Positions 62,671-64,000 of a DNA stretch of 64,000 nucleotides are shown here, one piece after another. The notes beneath the pieces are model-generated. The model saw nothing but the letters and a program-made list of their open reading frames with translations. It was not told where the DNA came from and did no database searches. The stretch is from Octopus sinensis (lineage: Eukaryota). Made by a program: the position numbers and the translations under genes. Each line of letters begins with the position of its first letter. The stretch's first letter is position 1. Location of the stretch: assembly GCF_006345805.1 (NCBI RefSeq), contig NC_043009.1, positions 9,672,001 to 9,736,000 of the forward strand. Direction: 5' to 3'.

Positions 62671-63609
62671 ATGCAAAACATAAAGACCCAAACTATAAGT
62701 ACAAACGAACTCATTTTCTGGCTCCGAGAAAACATTTCTCCGCATTTGAGTTGCATACAAGATCTTGGAACAGGAGCCGAATTTTGTCTGGGTGTTGAAA
62801 TTCTCTTCCCTGGATCTATTGATTTAGAGAAAATTAGATTCGGTGAGAAAACAGAATATGGTAGAAGGAAAAATTTCCAACAACTTCAAAACGCTTTTAC
62901 CAAAATGAACGTCAATATCAATATTCCAATAGAAAATTTGATCAAAGGTAGTTTTAAGTACAATTTGTATTTTGGACAATGGTTTAAACAGTTTTTCGAA
63001 AAACATTATAATTGTAGGTCGTATAATATGATGAAATTCGAAACCTTAGACTCTAATAAAAGACACCGAGTTAAAATTTCTAAATCAACGAAGAAAATGT
63101 TTAAAAAAAAATGGCCACTTAAGATGTCAGATGTTTCTTTAAATGAAAGCATAGTTCGGAAAGACGAAAATATATCTCCATTACATCACCATGTCGTTGT
63201 CAAACCGAAACTAATAGCCAACAAATTAGCAGTCACATATACAGAGTATTCGGATAATATTAACAAGAAATCAAATTCTGTAATTTCAAATAGCCATGAC
63301 ACGACTAGTTCAAACCCAAATACTCTAACTAGCAACACCAGTATGGACGCAGATTCAGAATCAGACGACACGTTCATGCCATCTGACACACATATGCAAG
63401 CGGAATATAAGTCGTATGTATTTGTTCTGCGTGCATTAGAAAAAAACGTTCAACATCTACAACACGAGAATAAAAAGTTGAGAGACGAGAATATGAAAAT
63501 GAAAGAAAAGAACGAACGCATGCAGTTGGAGATGGAAACATACCAGAGAATTAAAGCAGAGTGTCGAATGATGGCTTGTCTGCTAGAAAGATTTAGAGAA
63601 TATCGTTAA
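62671..63609 (+). CDS. Divergent EB1/MAPRE (RP/EB)-like microtubule-binding protein: CH domain, Ser/Thr-rich linker, coiled coil; 312 aa, intronless
   Basis: ELIFWL...IQDLGTGAEFC...ILFPGSI.L.KI.F...NFQQLQNAF.KM...IPIENLIKG.FK.N..F.QWFKQFF aligns by eye with the EB1 CH domain; the first in-frame ATG is at 62671 (the ORF-track start at 62536 is TTG). Confidence 0.85.
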   Translation: MQNIKTQTISTNELIFWLRENISPHLSCIQDLGTGAEFCLGVEILFPGSIDLEKIRFGEKTEYGRRKNFQQLQNAFTKMNVNINIPIENLIKGSFKYNLYFGQWFKQFFEKHYNCRSYNMMKFETLDSNKRHRVKISKSTKKMFKKKWPLKMSDVSLNESIVRKDENISPLHHHVVVKPKLIANKLAVTYTEYSDNINKKSNSVISNSHDTTSSNPNTLTSNTSMDADSESDDTFMPSDTHMQAEYKSYVFVLRALEKNVQHLQHENKKLRDENMKMKEKNERMQLEMETYQRIKAECRMMACLLERFREYR

Positions 63610-63861
63610 TATTTTTGAGAGGGCTGAGAAATAGACATTTGCCAAAGTTAAATTTGAATAAACAAAATTATAAAGACACAACCTACACTGTATATAAATA
63701 GTTGAGGGGAAAACGAACCATTCTGCATACGTTGAAAAACTTCGCTTACGCATGTAATTTGTAAATATTTCTGGGTACAGAGGTGTCGGATATTTCGAAT
63801 GAAAATATTGTAAAAGCCTTGCAGAAATGCTGAAAAATGGGAGTAAATGGGGTTAAATGGG

Positions 63862-64000
63862 ACGCTCTTACCAAAATGAATATCAATATCAATATTCCAG
63901 TAGAAAATTTGATCAAAGGTAGCTTTAATAACAATTTGTATTTTGGACAATGGTTTTAACAGTTTTTCGAAAAACATTATAATTGTAGGTCGTATGATAT
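63862..64000 (+). pseudogene. Partial tandem copy of the EB1-like gene (C-terminal half of the CH domain), running off the window
   Basis: Highly similar to 62891-63029; in-frame TAA at 63957-63959 replaces AAA. Confidence 0.85.

Overview
AT-rich, repeat-dense animal genomic DNA. The SINE families, RTE tails and long (TA)n/(CA)n tracts point to an Octopus-type cephalopod (inference). Almost all ORFs in the supplied track are microsatellite or transposon artefacts. The only convincing intact host CDS is an intronless, divergent EB1/MAPRE-type CH-domain gene (62671-63609), followed by a pseudogenised partial copy. The rest consists of tRNA-derived SINEs, decayed RTE LINEs, a full-length defective mariner, several MITE families, Helentron-like elements, nested Gypsy elements, solo LTRs and Penelope-like (PLE) stubs with inverted termini. 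The main discovery is self-cleaving RNA. First, a 912-bp insertion (16908-17819) holds about 2.6 tandem copies of a 351-bp highly structured unit, each carrying a type I hammerhead ribozyme. It is flanked by a 7-bp duplication inside a mariner MITE, making it a candidate non-LTR retrozyme that could produce a 351-nt circular RNA. Second, several PLE-associated minimal hammerheads are present, including variants with compensatory G3-C8 and U3-A8 swaps of the conserved C3-G8 tertiary pair. All coordinates were read by eye; boundaries of decayed repeats are approximate.
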